Of a DNA stretch of 64,000 nt, positions 13,665-26,332 are shown one piece after another. The notes under the pieces were generated by a model, which saw nothing but the letters and a program-made list of their open reading frames with translations, made no database searches and had not been told where the DNA came from. Origin of the DNA: Mobula birostris (lineage: Eukaryota); assembly GCF_030028105.1 (NCBI RefSeq), contig NC_092381.1, positions 34,761,550-34,825,549 on the forward strand, written 5' to 3'. The translations under genes were made by a program, and so were the position numbers. The stretch's first letter is position 1, and each line of letters starts with the position of its first letter.

Positions 13665-13795
13665 CTGACGAAGGGTCTCGGCCTGAAATGTCGACTGTAC
13701 CTCTTCCTAGAGATGCTGCCTGGCCTGCTGCGCTCACCAGCAACTTTGATGTGTGTTGCTTGAATTTCCAGCATCTGCAGAATTCCTGTTGTTTG
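13665..13795 (+). mobile_element. Isolated Penelope-like pLTR with hammerhead core (GUC triplet, 5' strand of stem I missing)
   Basis: CTGACGA-A-GGGTCTCGGCCT-GAAA-TGTC-GACTG then the same tail as 4775-4985 and 46747-46874. Confidence 0.8.
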
Positions 13796-13799
13796 CTTT

Positions 13800-14138
13800 C
13801 TTTAGAAGAGCAGGCTCTGTCAGTAACCTGACATTGTGTGCCTTTTTTATAGGGCAGGGCACCTCTACAACCCACACCTCCAATCTCATCTCATTGATTG
13901 GAACACGCAACTCCAAATAGCTTTTGTTGAAGGCATTATGCCAGAGGTTCACATACATTTTTGAACCTAGACTGTGGTTGTTTAAATGCTGTACTCAGTT
14001 TTGACAAGAAGGAGTACAATTGTCTGTGTGTTGGGTTTGTCTATTATTGTGATTTAGAAGAAAATCAAACCACCTTTGAGTAATTAATGCAGAAAACCAG
14101 GTAATTGCAAATGGTTCACAAACTTTTTCTTGTAACTG
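13800..14138 (-). mobile_element. Tc1-like terminal fragment
   Basis: Ends ...GGTTCACAAACTTTTTCTTGTAACTG-TA with an internal repeat GGTTCACATACATTTT (IR/DR-like layout). Confidence 0.55.
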
Positions 14139-14595
14139 TATATGTGAATAACATAACAAGAATGGTTAGGATGCAAGTTTCATAATATTATCAGATACAA
14201 GCAGAATATGATTCTGATATAGGAATAGAAAGTAACACAAAAGAAAACTCCAAAATCTAGAAATCACACAAAAGAATTGCCTTTCCAAACTAATCCTATT
14301 AAGTTGAATAGATAGTGGAAGATAACTAAACATCAATGACTGGATAAATACTTTCAAGAAGAGAAAGAATCAGCAGCAATGAGTAAGAGTGGGTTGAATT
14401 GCATAGTTCTACAAAAGTGATGGGGCAAATGGCCTTCTCTCATGCTATATCACTCCAAGCATCCAATAATATTGATACTCTTGGTTTGAATGGAAAAGCA
14501 ATCCAAAAGATTAATAACTTTTCTTGTATTTCAATAATAAAAATGTCAATTGAGACAAGTTTGATCAATAATTAATGATTTTCTTTTATTCTTAC

Positions 14596-14713
14596 CAGCA
14601 GTTGTACTGTGTCCTTCTTGAATATTTGCAACAATTTATAGAAGATTGCAAAAATCAAAGGGTAGGTGTAGCCTCGTAGCCTTTCTTTCCATTCCCATGT
14701 TAAATAACCATAC
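14596..14713 (-). CDS. PIGB: PIGB exon 3
   Basis: [39 protein letters not shown]; U12-like branch site upstream; GTAAGA donor. Confidence 0.93.
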
Positions 14714-17371
14714 TTGAGAAAGTTAAGAATATCTCTCAAAACAATAATAATCACCACAATGTGAGTTATACAAAATTAATTCGGGGCAGCACAGGCCACT
14801 CAACCCTTCAAGCCTGGACTGCCATTAATAAGGTTTGATTGTTAACACAAATCCACATTCCCATCAGCCCATGTTAACCTTTCACCTCTGTTTTTGAAGG
14901 TAGCTATCTACATTTGATTTAAAATGTTCTAATATTCTGTTTCTCCCTTATCTTTTTTATGAAGATGGTTTCTAAAATTCATGACTCTCAGACAGAAAAT
15001 GTTGTCTCATCTCTCTTAAATGGGTGACCCCTTATTTTCAAGAAGTTTGGTTTTGCAGAAGGGAAATCAAGTTTGACCAACTTAACAGAGAACAGTACAT
15101 TTTTTATGGTTGGTAAGATAGAAATGAGCAGTACACCACAGCAGCCTCAACTTTTCACCATTCCTTTAAATTTCTTTGAAGGCACTGAAATTATGATTAC
15201 TAAATCTGCATGCATTACAAAAGCTAGATATGAAAGACAAAGAGGACGTAATGATTTAGATAGGACAGATGACTAGCAAAGATCTGGCTAAGAACATGTG
15301 AAATGTCCATTTTGACAGGAAAAACAAAGAACGTCATTTCAATAGTGAATGACTGCAGGGCAAAAAGGCAGAGAGGGAACTGGTGCACAATTTACAAAAG
15401 ACTACAATGCACATACAAGGAGTAGTTGGGAGTGCTAACAAGCATTATTTATTACAAGAGGAAATTATGCAAAAGTATGGAGGTTATTTGGGTTTTGGAA
15501 ACACCACATCCTAAGTAGCTAGCAGAGTTTTGAAATCTTTATTCACAGAAGAATGTTAATATTTTGGAGGCAATTTAAAGAATATTTACTGAAAGAAAAT
15601 ATGACCATAAAACATAGGAGCAGAATTCAATCCATCATGACTTATTTATTATCCATCTCGACCTCACTGTCCTGCCTTCTCCCCATAACCTCTGATGCCC
15701 TTAACAATCAAGAACCTATCAACCTCCACTTTAATTATACACAATGACTTGGCCTCCACAGCTGCCTGTGACAATGAACTCAAAATTCACCAGCCTCTGG
15801 CTAAAGAAATTCCTCCTCATTTCTGTTCTGACAGGATGAATTTCTATTCTGACACTGTGCCCTCTGCTCCTAGACTCCCCCACTATAGAAACATCCCGTC
15901 CACATCCACCCTATAATCATCTTAGGAAAGATTGGGCAGTCTAAGCTTCTATCCATTGAGTATGGAAGAGCAAAAGAGAGCCCAAATAAAACCTTTAAGA
16001 TTCTATGGGATTTTGATGGTAACATTTCAGGATTAAAGGACGTCCATTTAGAACAGAGATGCGGAGAAATTACTTTAGTCAGAGGGTGGTAAATCTGTGG
16101 AATTTGTTGCCACTAGTGGCTGTGGAGGCCAAGTTATTGGGTGCATTTAAGGCTGAGATAGATAGGTTCTTGATTGACATGGGGAGAAGGCAGGGGAGTG
16201 GGGATGACTGGAAGAATTGGATCAGCCCATGATTGAATGGTGGGCAGATTCGATGGATCAAATGGCTTACTTCTGCTCCTATATCTTATGGTCTTATGGT
16301 TTAAATGTAGAGAGAAAATAAAGAAAATATTTTCTCTTGTGGGAAACTCCTAGAATTAGGTGGTTACTGAATAAAAATAAATGATTGCTGATTAAGACAG
16401 AGAGAAAAAATAACCTCATCTCTGAGATTCATGAATTTGGAACTACTTTCCTCAGAGGGCTATGGAGAGCCTTTAAGGCAGAGTCTTTACTTGTACTTAC
16501 GGCAGTGACAGATAGATACTTGACAAACAAGAGGGTGAAAAGCTAGTGTAGCTAGGTGTAAACAAGAACTTGAGGTTACTTTCATATCAGTATTCATATT
16601 TTAAATGGCCAGGCATGTTTGAGAAGCCAAATACCCAATTCCCACTTCTAATTTATATGTTTAAATTGACAGAAAGAAACTACATCCAACAAAATAGTGT
16701 GCATGGTGTAGTTTTGAATCTTATAAAACAAGCATGGATGGACAAAACACAGCCTAACCAGACCAAAAAATTGGAATATTGTATTAATTTCTGGTCACAT
16801 CATTATAGAAAGGATGAGAAAGTTTTAGAAAGGGCACAAAGGAGATTTACCAGGATGCTGCTGAGACTACAGGACATGTCTTACAACGATAGATTGAGCA
16901 AACTAGAGCTTTTCTCTTTGGAGCAAGAGGATGAGAAGTAACTTGATAGAAGTGATGAGAGGCATACTGTAGACTGAGTGGATAACCAGAGAGTTCGTCC
17001 CAGGGCAGAAATGGCTAACACAAGGGGGCATAATTTTAGATGATTAGAGGAAACTGCAGGGAGATTGGCATAAGTTCTTTACATAGTGGTGGGTACATGG
17101 AACACTCTGCCAGGGGTAGTTGTAGAGGCAAGTGTATTTGCGGCATTTAAGAAATTCTCAGATACGCACATGGATAATAGAAAAATGGAGGGCTATGTAG
17201 GAGGGAGGGGTCAAGAGTAGGTTAAAAGGTCAACATATCATGGGCTGAAGGGCCTGTACTGTGCTGAAACGTTATACCAAATATCTTGTATCCGAAAGAA
17301 CAGTGAGAACAAAACATAAAAAGTTACTTTTTTTACATTATGTATTTATAGTTTGTAAATACAAAGGATAT
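14714..17371 (-). other. U12-type (minor spliceosome) intron, PIGB intron 2, apparent AT-AA termini
   Basis: 5' end ATATCCTTTG (17371-17362); branch site TTCTTAAC (14729-14722) about 10 nt from the 3' end; frame is kept only if the intron ends ...CTCAA at 14714. Confidence 0.85.
15600..17270. mobile_element. Cluster of CR1 3' fragments in both orientations
   Basis: LEYCINFWS...LERAQRRFTRML-type remnants and ATCTTATGGTCTTATGG tails. Confidence 0.75.
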
Positions 17372-17507
17372 TTGAAGACCATATTGTGAGCAACTTCGAG
17401 TGACTGCCAATACTCATCAGCAACAAAGCTAGTCTGGACCAGAAGGCAGTTCACAGATCTCAAAGCTATAGACAACATCATTAAATAAGTGTTTGGACCC
17501 AATAATC
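17372..17507 (-). CDS. PIGB: PIGB exon 2
   Basis: [45 protein letters not shown] matches the [12 protein letters not shown] motif; CAG acceptor; U12-type ATATCCTTT donor. Confidence 0.93.
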
Positions 17508-17640
17508 CTGTGCGGGAAATAAAATAACAATTACACAACATTATAAAATAGCAAAATAATTAAGTCAATCCAAGTCCAGATGCAGTTTTCCAAGGAAGAC
17601 ATTTAAAGAGGATCTGGAAGGGCAGGGGACCTTTTCATCC

Positions 17641-19620
17641 AGAGAATCAGAATCAGGTTAATTATCACCAACATGTGAAGTGAAATTTGTTAACTTAGCA
17701 GCAGCAGTTCGATGCAACACATAATCTAGCAGAGAGAAAAAAAATAAAAACAAAACATAACAATAAACAAGTAAATCAATTATATATATTGAATAGATTT
17801 TTTAAAAGTGCAAAAACAGAAATACTGTATATTAAAAAAAGTGAAGAAGTATCCAAAGCTTCAATGTCCATTTAGGAACCAAATGGCAGAGGGGAAGAAG
17901 CTGTTCCTGAATCGCTGAGTGTGTGCCTTCAGGCTTCTGTACCTCCTACCTGATGGTCACAGTGAGAAAAGGGCATGCCCTGGGTGCTGGAGGTCCTTAA
18001 TAATGGACACTGACTTTCTGAGACACCGCTCCCTAAAGATGTCCTGGGTACTTTGTAGGCTAGTGCCCAAGATGGAGCTGACTAGATTTACAACCTTCTG
18101 CAGCTTCTTTCGATCCTGTGCAGTAGCCTCTCCATACCAGACAGTGATGCAGCCTGTCAGAATGCTCTCCACGGTACAACTATAGAAGTTTTTGATGTAT
18201 TTGTTGACATGCCAAATCTCTTCAAACTCCTAATATAGTATAGTCACTGTCTTGCCTTCTTTATAACTACATTGATATGTTGGGACCAGGTTAGATACTC
18301 AGAGATCGTGACATCCAGGGACTTGAAGCTGCTCACTCTCTCCACTTCTGATCCCTCTATGAGGATTGGTATGTGTTCCTTCATCTTGCCCTTCCTGAAG
18401 TCCACAATCAGCTCTTTTGTCTTACTGACATTGAGTGCCAGGTTGTTGCTGCAGCACCATTCCACTAGTTGGCATATCTCACTCCTGTATGCCCTCTCAT
18501 CACCACTTGAGATTCTACCAACAATGGTTGTATTGTCAGCAAATTTATAGATGGTATTTGAGCTATGCCTAGCCCCACAGTCATGGGTATGTAGAGAGTA
18601 GAGCGGTGGGCTAAGCACACACCCCTGAGGTGTGCCAGTGTTGATCATCAGCGAGGAGGAGATGTTATCACCAATCTGCACAGATTGTGGTCTTCTGGTT
18701 AGGAAGTCAAGGATCCAGTTGTAGAAGGAGGTACAGAGGCCCAGGTTCTGTAACTTTTCAATCAGGATTGTGGGAATGATGGTGTTAAATGCAGAGCTAA
18801 AGTTGATGAGCAGCATCCTGATGTAGGTGTCTGTGTCATCCAGGTGGTCTAAAGCCGTGTGGAGAGCCATTGAGATTGCGTCTGCAGCTGACCTACTGTA
18901 GCCATAGGTAAATTGCAATGGGTCCAGGTCCTTACTGAGGCAGGAGTTCAGTCTAGTCATGATCGACCTCTCAAAGCATTTCAACACTGTCGATGTGAGT
19001 GCTACTGGGCGATAGTCATTAAGGCAGCCCACATTATTCTTCTTAGGCACTGGTATAATTGTTGCCTTTTTGGAGCAAGTGGGAACTTCTGCCCGTAGCA
19101 GTGAGAGGTTGAAAATGTCCTTGAATACTCCTGCTAGTTGGTTGGCACAGGTATTCAGAGCCTTACCAGGTACTCCATCGGGACCTTCCGCCTTACAAGG
19201 GTTCACTCTGTTTAAAGACAGCCTAACATAGGTCTCTGAGACGGAGATCACAGGGTCATCAGGTGCAGCAGGGATCTTCACAGCTGTAGTTGTGTTCTCC
19301 CTTTCAAAGTGTGCACAGAAAGTGTCGAGTTCATCTGGTAGTGAAGCATCGCTGCCATTCATGCTATTGGGTTTCGCTTTGTAGCAAGTAATGTCTTGCA
19401 CACCCTGCCAGAGTTGCCGTACATCTGATGTCACCTCCAACCTCGTTCGAAATTGTCTCTTCGCCCTTGAAATAGCCCTCCGCAAATCATATTGGGTGTT
19501 CTGGTACAGGGTTGGGTCGCCAGACTTAAATACTACAGATCTAGCCTTCAGCAGACAATATACCTCCTGGTTCATCCACGGCCTTTGGTTTGGGACTATA
19601 CAGTTTTAAGACTTGTAGGC
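17641..19620 (-). mobile_element. Rex1/Babar-type LINE, 5'-truncated, RT domain
   Basis: 443-aa ORF with LNDYRPVALTS, DPLQF, FSSAFNTIIP, PQGCVLSP, KFAD; short tandem tail (plus strand AGAATC repeats) at 17641. Confidence 0.92.
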
Positions 19621-19699
19621 ACACACATTCCACACAGGTACTGTGTACCCTGAATGCACTTCATGAGAATGAGTCACTGACAACACCAGGTGAGCAGAT

Positions 19700-19975
19700 G
19701 AATTGCCTACAGAAAGCTATGAACCCAGTGATGGAAAATGCCAGAAGGTGGGGAATTTGTGAAATTTATTACCAAAGACAGCTGTGGAGGCCAGGTCAAT
19801 GGGTGTAATTAACGCAGAACTTGATCAGTTCTTGATTGGACAGGGCATCAAAGGTTACAGGGAGAAGACTGAGGAGCGGGGCTGAAGAAGAGGGGGAGAA
19901 GGATCAGCCATGATTGAATGGCGGAGCAGACTCGATGGGCCAAATGGCCTAATTCCCCTCCTATGTCTTATGGAT
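19700..19975 (+). mobile_element. CR1 3' fragment
   Basis: Same 3' UTR and tail as the CR1 copies ending at about 29311 and 50370. Confidence 0.75.
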
Positions 19976-20959
19976 TAATAACAAAGGATGTCCACTGGTC
20001 AGTGTGGAACTGGTGGGCCATTTTCATGGTGTATAACTCTAATGTCCTACTGATCAGCAAAAGTATTCCCCTTTAAACAAAAAAAAGGGACAAAAAGAAA
20101 ATGTTAAAAAAAACTGCTGATGCAGAAAACACTGAAAGTGCTCATATGGGGAAGAGAAACAGAGTTACCAGTTCCAGCAGAAATTCCTTCATCAGAAGAT
20201 GGAAAAAGAATGTGGTAGGAAGGATAGATTGAGCAAAGGGAATTACTGACCGGAAATGAGGCAGAAAATAAGGATCAGCAAAACAAAAGAAAAAGAATCC
20301 TATCCAAGACCTTCTTCAAAAGAAGCAACAGTATTAAAGCTGCTGAGTGTTTCCAGCAATATTTTGTTTTATTTCAGATTTCTAGCATCTGCAAATTTTT
20401 GATTATGGTTTACTCTTGAGTTAACTGCGCTTTCTTCTAGGAATGTCAACCTTGGAGTTCTCCCGCATTCTCCAGAAAGATTTCCTACACCTTCTTCACC
20501 CCTGGTGCTTTCTATTTTCAAGTAACTCTTTCTTTTCCTGATGAGACGAAGAACCTGGACTGACTTTGATCACTTTGCACTATTTAAAGAACGTTTTCGG
20601 TTTAGTGTAAAAATGTGCAGGATTTATATTTCTGTTTGTCTTCTGCTTATCTGATGCATTGTGTGGTGATGCTGCTACAAATAAGTTTTTCCATTGCATA
20701 GCAGTATGAACATTGTACTTGTTCATATGACAATAAACTTGATTTTTTACTTTGCTTGTTTCCAGATCTGCTGCGTTTTTCCAGCACTTGTGTGTTTTCG
20801 TTCATAAAAGTAGAACAATACAACTATATTTGAAACAGCATCGCACAACGAATCTATGAACAATCTGTGCACAACAATCGATCTCCATTTTATCAACAGG
20901 AACGAATTGCAAAGAGATATGCGAGGCGAATAGCTCTGAACTGGCTGCACAGCCTGTAC

Positions 20960-21083
20960 CTGTTCCCCGCTCCACGTTAGGGCATTCTTTACTATAGAGC
21001 ACCGATTTCCTTTTTCTCAACTTGACCGGCTCCGAAGCAGCGGACCGCCGGGCCCGGAAGAAACTGTTCCGGAGTCTCTCCAT
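20960..21083 (-). CDS. PIGB: PIGB (GPI mannosyltransferase 3) coding exon 1; gene runs 21083 to beyond position 1
   Basis: ATG at 21083 gives MERLRNSFFRARRSAASEPVKLRKRKSVLYS..., with the LRKRKS motif of PIGB N-termini; GTACAG donor at 20959; phase 1 joins exon 2 in frame; CpG-rich. Confidence 0.8.
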
Positions 21084-21600
21084 GCCGACTCTCACTGCCC
21101 CTCAGCACTCCATTCCCCAGTGACCACCTCGTCCTTCAACTTCCGGGCCCACGGCGCAGGTGCAAGGGCTGACAGAGCCGCAGGCTCCGCCCATTGTTTG
21201 ATTGACGTGTCCATGAAGCGCGCGCCCGACGACGAGCTGGGCCCGTTCCGAGTTCGATACTCGATCAGTGTATAACCACAAGGTCCCATTGTAACCCATT
21301 TAGCGATTATAATTTACTGCACACTTGTGCTCTTTAGTCTTTAAAATAAAACTGCCAACGCGATTCCTGACGTAATTGCCACAGGAGGCTACGTCCAAAG
21401 ATGCTGCTTGTCAGGTCGCGAGCTCAGATTCTAAATCGGGTTAAACTCCGTTTGACAGCACTTGGCTCCGCCTTGGGGGACGTCATTAATCTCGCCGATG
21501 TTTTGGACCAATCAGCGGCGTTGTACAGAATGGCACTATAAGGGTGTTTGACTGTAGCGGGGGGTTCGCTGCTGGGGACGGGAGAATTCAGTGGGTAAGT
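21084..21600. promoter_or_regulatory. CpG-rich bidirectional promoter of PIGB and the TMEM205-like gene
   Basis: High CpG density; CCAAT (21508-21512) and TATAAG (~21537) on +; CRE/ATF-like TGACGT(G/A) and GACGTCA motifs (~21204, 21369, 21479); strong + strand donor GG|GTAAGT at 21595 marks a probable non-coding first exon. Confidence 0.65.
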
Positions 21601-23435
21601 AAGTTGCTTTATTTTGCATTCTCAGAAGCTTCACTAAACGCTTGAAGATTATGGGCAAATGCAACTTTAAAAACTTGATTAATTTAAATTAATGAGTGTG
21701 GTTTAGGAATTCCCCAAAATCATTTTCCTTAAATGAGAACAATTTTTCCATGCATTCTTCGTCTTAAAATTCTGATTTATGAATTCTGGCAGAAAACTAT
21801 ATTTAATCTGAAACTATATTTCAACTGTTTGCCTATTAGGGTGGCCTTGGAAATGTCTGCTTTGCTTTGTATGTAAACAGACCCATAGCAAACGTATTAG
21901 TTTTGTTAAAGTTTACACTTTTGTTAACGGGGCCTGTGAGTATCAATCTTTATGCTTCAACAACTACCACGAAAAATTGATTCTCTCTGTCTCCTCCACA
22001 CGTATTCTGACTTGTGCTCTGCAGTGCTCGCCAACTTTACCAGAGTTTCGAACTTGTTTAATGTGTGGTTTTGAGTGTCCTGGTCAAAGCTCTGCACGCG
22101 GTAATTCCTTGGCTAGTAGATACCTAAGGACGATTATAAGAATAAATTCATAACTGCTTACCATAATGGCACCAAAACACACTTTTCTCTTAAGGGACAA
22201 AGTTAGCCCTCTGATCAGTGCCACGTCACGTGGTTAACTGTAGCAGTATCAGGCAAAACCGGAGTGTGGAAGCTGTGCAATTCGATCTTTGCGCAATGTA
22301 GTCAACATTAAAGTATTTAAGAAAATTGCAATCACTTGTCAAACAACATGGCTCCAGCTGTATTTGTGACCACGAATCTCATTCCGAATTATTGTTGTTG
22401 TCTACTGGTTTATCCCGAAACCATTAAGTCCACAGTATTCATATATAACTTTAAACAGCTGTTCATTATTTGCAAGGAGAAGAACAGACTCACTTACTAA
22501 ACAATCGTTCAGTCACGCTTGCACATTTCGCATCTGTGCCCAGCCAGCCAGCCAGTCAATCATCATAGTAGCAATAACCAGCATCATCCAAACATTGCAC
22601 CACACTTGGCAGGTCAGATGTGGGATGTTATCGAATGGGGAATTGTGATAGCTGTTACTAATATCACACTTGAATGACTCCTTTGTGAGAGAAAGCTTTT
22701 CTAGTTTGCATTTCCTCCATTACGTCGCTGTGACTCTACCGCAGGTAGTAAGATCTATGCCTGTATCATGGCAGGTTGTGAAGCCATCTACCAAAATCTG
22801 GTCATCCATTCGAGTGATTACTTTGGGTCTCTTTCAGAACAGTACGGGGAAAGAAGTGTTTCAGCATGCTAATAGTCTGCACTTTCATATTTATGTGGTA
22901 GTGAGATTTTTATTGTATGCAGTTGAGTATGAACTGTGGACCAGTGTTAGTAGCCATGTTATGGGCCAGGTGCCATGGTGCTCACATTACAGCTTGCACT
23001 GTGCAGTGACTGCAGTGCTGCATCTGCATGCAGAGACCCTCTGCTCCATAGCAAAGCCTGCAATCCCTGCAAAATCATGAGCCCTCTCCACCCCCAAACT
23101 CTTAAATAACAGTGAATGAAATGTCATTCCAATGAATCCCTGTTGGAGGCCTCTGCACTCCAGTGATCTCTCTGTGGCATGTCGAAGTGCTGGGTTATGG
23201 ACTGTAGTTTTTGTTGGATTATAGTTCACGGTCCTTGGTGGTGGAGGGAGTTCTGATACTTTCTGGTGGAGCAAGAGGGGGCAGGGAGGGTTGATGCTTT
23301 GCTGCTGCTTGTTGTGGGGCCTTGAGTTTCTAACATTTTTCTGTCATTCATTCTCTGGTGTTTTCTTCTGTTTTCATGGATGTCTGTGAAGAGTAAGAAT
23401 TTCAGGTTGTATACCGTACACATTCTCTGGTTTTA

Positions 23436-25040
23436 CAGTGGTATGCAAAGGTTTGGGCACCCTGGTCAAAATTTCTGTTACTGTGAATAGTTAAGTGAGT
23501 AGAAGATGAACTGATCTCCAAAAGTCATAAAGTTAAAGATAAAACATTCTTTTCAACATTTTAAGCAAGATTAGCATATTATGAAAAAAGAAAAGGAGCA
23601 CTGTGCAAAAGTTTGGGCACCCCAAGAGATTTGAGCTCTCAGATAACTTTTACCAAGGTCTCAGACCTTAATTAGCTTGTTAGGGCTATGGCTTATTCAC
23701 AATCATCGTTAGGAAAGGCCAGGTGATGCAAATTTCAAAGCTTTATAAATACCCTGACTCCTCAAACCTTGTCCCAACAATCAGCAACATGGGCTCCTCT
23801 GAGCAGCTGCCTAGCACTCTGAGAATTAAAATAATTGGTGTCCACAAAGCAGGAGAAGGCTATAAGAAGATAGCAAAGTGTTTTCAGGTAGCCGTTTCCT
23901 CAGTTCGTAATGTAATTAAGAAATGGCAGTTAACAGGAACGGTGGGGGTCAAGTTGAGTTCTGGAAGACCAAAAAAACTTTCCCAGAGAACTGCTCGTAG
24001 GATTGCTAGAAAGGCAAATCAAAACCCCCGTTTGACTGCGAAAGACTTTCAGGAAGACTTAGCAGACTCTGGAGTGGTGGTGCACTGTTCTACTGTGCAG
24101 TGACACCTGCACAAATATGACCTTCGTGGAAGAGTCATCAGAAGAAAATGTTTCCTGCGTCCTCACCACAAAATTCAGCATCAGAAGTTTGCAAAGGAAC
24201 ACCTAAACAAGCCTGATGCATTTTGGACACAAGACCTGTGGACTGATGAAGTTAAAATTGAACTTTTGGGCCGTAATGAGCAAAGGTATGTTTGGAGAAA
24301 AAAGGTGCAGAACTTCATGAAAAGAACCCCTCTCCAACTGTTAAGCACGGGGGTGGATCAATCATGCTTTGGGCTTGTGTTGCAGCCAGTGGCACAGGGA
24401 ATATTTTACAGGTAGAGGGAAGAATTAATTCAATTAAGTACCAGCAAATTCTGGAAGCAAACATCACACCGTCTGTATATATTAAAAAAAAAGCTGAAGA
24501 TGAAAAGAGGATGGCTTCTACAAAAGGATAATGATCCTAAACACACCTCAAAATCCACAATGGACTACCTCAAGAGGCGCAAGCTGAAGGTTTTGCCATG
24601 GCCCTCACAGTCCCCCGACCGAAACATCATTGAAAATCTGTGGACAGACCTCAAAAGAGCAGAGCATGCAAGACGGCTCAAGAATCTCACAGAACCAGAA
24701 GGCTTTTGCAAGGAAGAATGGGCGAAAATCCCCCAAACAAGAATTGAAAGACTCTTAGCTGGCTACAAAAAGCGTTTACAAGCTGTGATACCTGCCAAAG
24801 GGGGTGTTACTAAGTACTGACCATGCAGGGTGCCCAAACTTTTGCTTCGGGTCCTTTTCCTTTTTTTGTTATTTTGAAACTGTAAAAGATGGAAATAAAA
24901 AAGTAATCTTGCTTAAAATGTTAAAGAAATGTGTCATCTTTAACTTTATGCCTTTTGGAAATCAGTTCATCTTTTACTCATTTAGCTATTCACAGTAACA
25001 GAAATTTTGACCGATGTGCCCAAACCTTTGCAAGCCACTG
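23436..25040 (+). mobile_element. Full-length Tc1 (IR/DR type) transposon with decayed DD34E transposase (23789-24820)
   Basis: TA TSD on both sides; long TIRs starting CAGTGG(T/C)...TTTGGGCAC with inner direct repeats (23604, 24828); WTDE, KHGGGSIMLW, QKDNDPKH, WPSQSPD..IENLW motifs; one stop and frameshifts. Confidence 0.95.
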
Positions 25041-26232
25041 TAAATGGAACCATTGAACCATTGACCAATGAACCTTTCGTAAAAGAATAGCAAACTAGCA
25101 AATATTGCAATTGCCTCTCTCCTGTTGACCTTTGCATTGTTGGAAAACACTAAACACATGTATAATTACACTAATAGCTGAAAGAAATGTAATAGCAACT
25201 AACCAGTATGTAGTTACTTATCACTTTGTTTGATTCCAAATTGCTATGGTCACCTCACTAAAGTCACATTGAGTGAACAATGATGGCAATGGCATCAATT
25301 CAACTTGTTTTGTGTACTGTGCTGTTCACTACATATAAACACTTATTAATATGGTAGGTATGCACTGTGATTTTCCACACAAATGTGTCTGGGTGCCATA
25401 TATCTATTTTGAAACACAACAGCTTCTATTACATAGAAGCTGAACATCTTTAGGTTTCACCCATGTAGATTTAACAGAATCTGAAAAACTAAAATGGGTG
25501 TATTTGGCTATCCTGATTTCAAAATTGAAAGATTACTGAGCTGGATTGAATAAAAAGGCTTAATACAAATATGAAGAAAGCATAATGCAGCAATGTTTAA
25601 TACTCTTGCAAATAAACTGTTAAAAGGAATCAAAGTTTAAAGCCAGGAAACAACTGGCAATATTTAAATTGGGCACTGTCTGAGGAAAGGAGAGTTTTAG
25701 ATCTGGCTTCTCAGCAAGTTTTTTTTTAAGGGCAGAATGTAGTCAATTGGAATTTGTGGTATGGAGTTTTGGACATTATTGTCCTTGGTGCATACTAAGT
25801 GTGGAAGGAAGTTTCATGAATCCTGGGTGGAAGTAGGACAGAGATAGCTATGTCACGCTGCAGTGAATTCAGACTGTCAAGATTGGGATAGTGTGAAAAG
25901 TTTGTAACTGAGTTTAGGGTGAAAAAAAATGCCATAGTTGTGAACTGCCTTGGACTTGGAGACCAGTCTTGCTTTGTGAAACCAAACTATTTGTCCTCAA
26001 TTGAAATGGAACTGGGGTCAATCCCACTGCTATAGTTCAGGGCAGTTGCCAATGCCTGAATGACTCCCCTAGCAAATGTGTATTCTGCCTTCTGCTAAAC
26101 ATAGTTTACTGGAGATCATTATCTTGCGCACAATTTGATTTTCTTTCTACGAGGCTTTTCCAGATATTTCTTTTGGAACTCGATGTAGATTTCGGTCAGC
26201 TCTGCCTTTTGATATCAACTGTGCCAATTGCC

Positions 26233-26332
26233 ATGGCTACCAATGGAGAGGTTACAACACTTGCAAAACTTCTGCACCTGATCTTCCTGGCCACGTTCTG
26301 GGGGATGCAGATTTGGGTGACATTTGTATCTG
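26233..26332 (+). CDS. TMEM205: TMEM205-family protein, first coding exon (exon probably starts at 26164 after TTTTCCAG)
   Basis: GCCATGG Kozak; MATNGEVTTLAKLLHLIFLATFWGMQIWVTFVSG matches the TMEM205 WGMQxWVTFVSG motif; GTAGGT donor. Confidence 0.9.

Noticed and set aside
18244-19575. 443-aa RT ORF as a domesticated or active gene
   Set aside because: Catalytic motif reads KFADN instead of KFADD, the element is 5'-truncated and the downstream frame is broken
22670-23274. 136-aa and 95-aa ORFs in the putative first intron of the TMEM205-like gene, as PIGBOS1 or a novel gene
   Set aside because: No resemblance to PIGBOS1 or any family I recognise; no convincing splice or Kozak context
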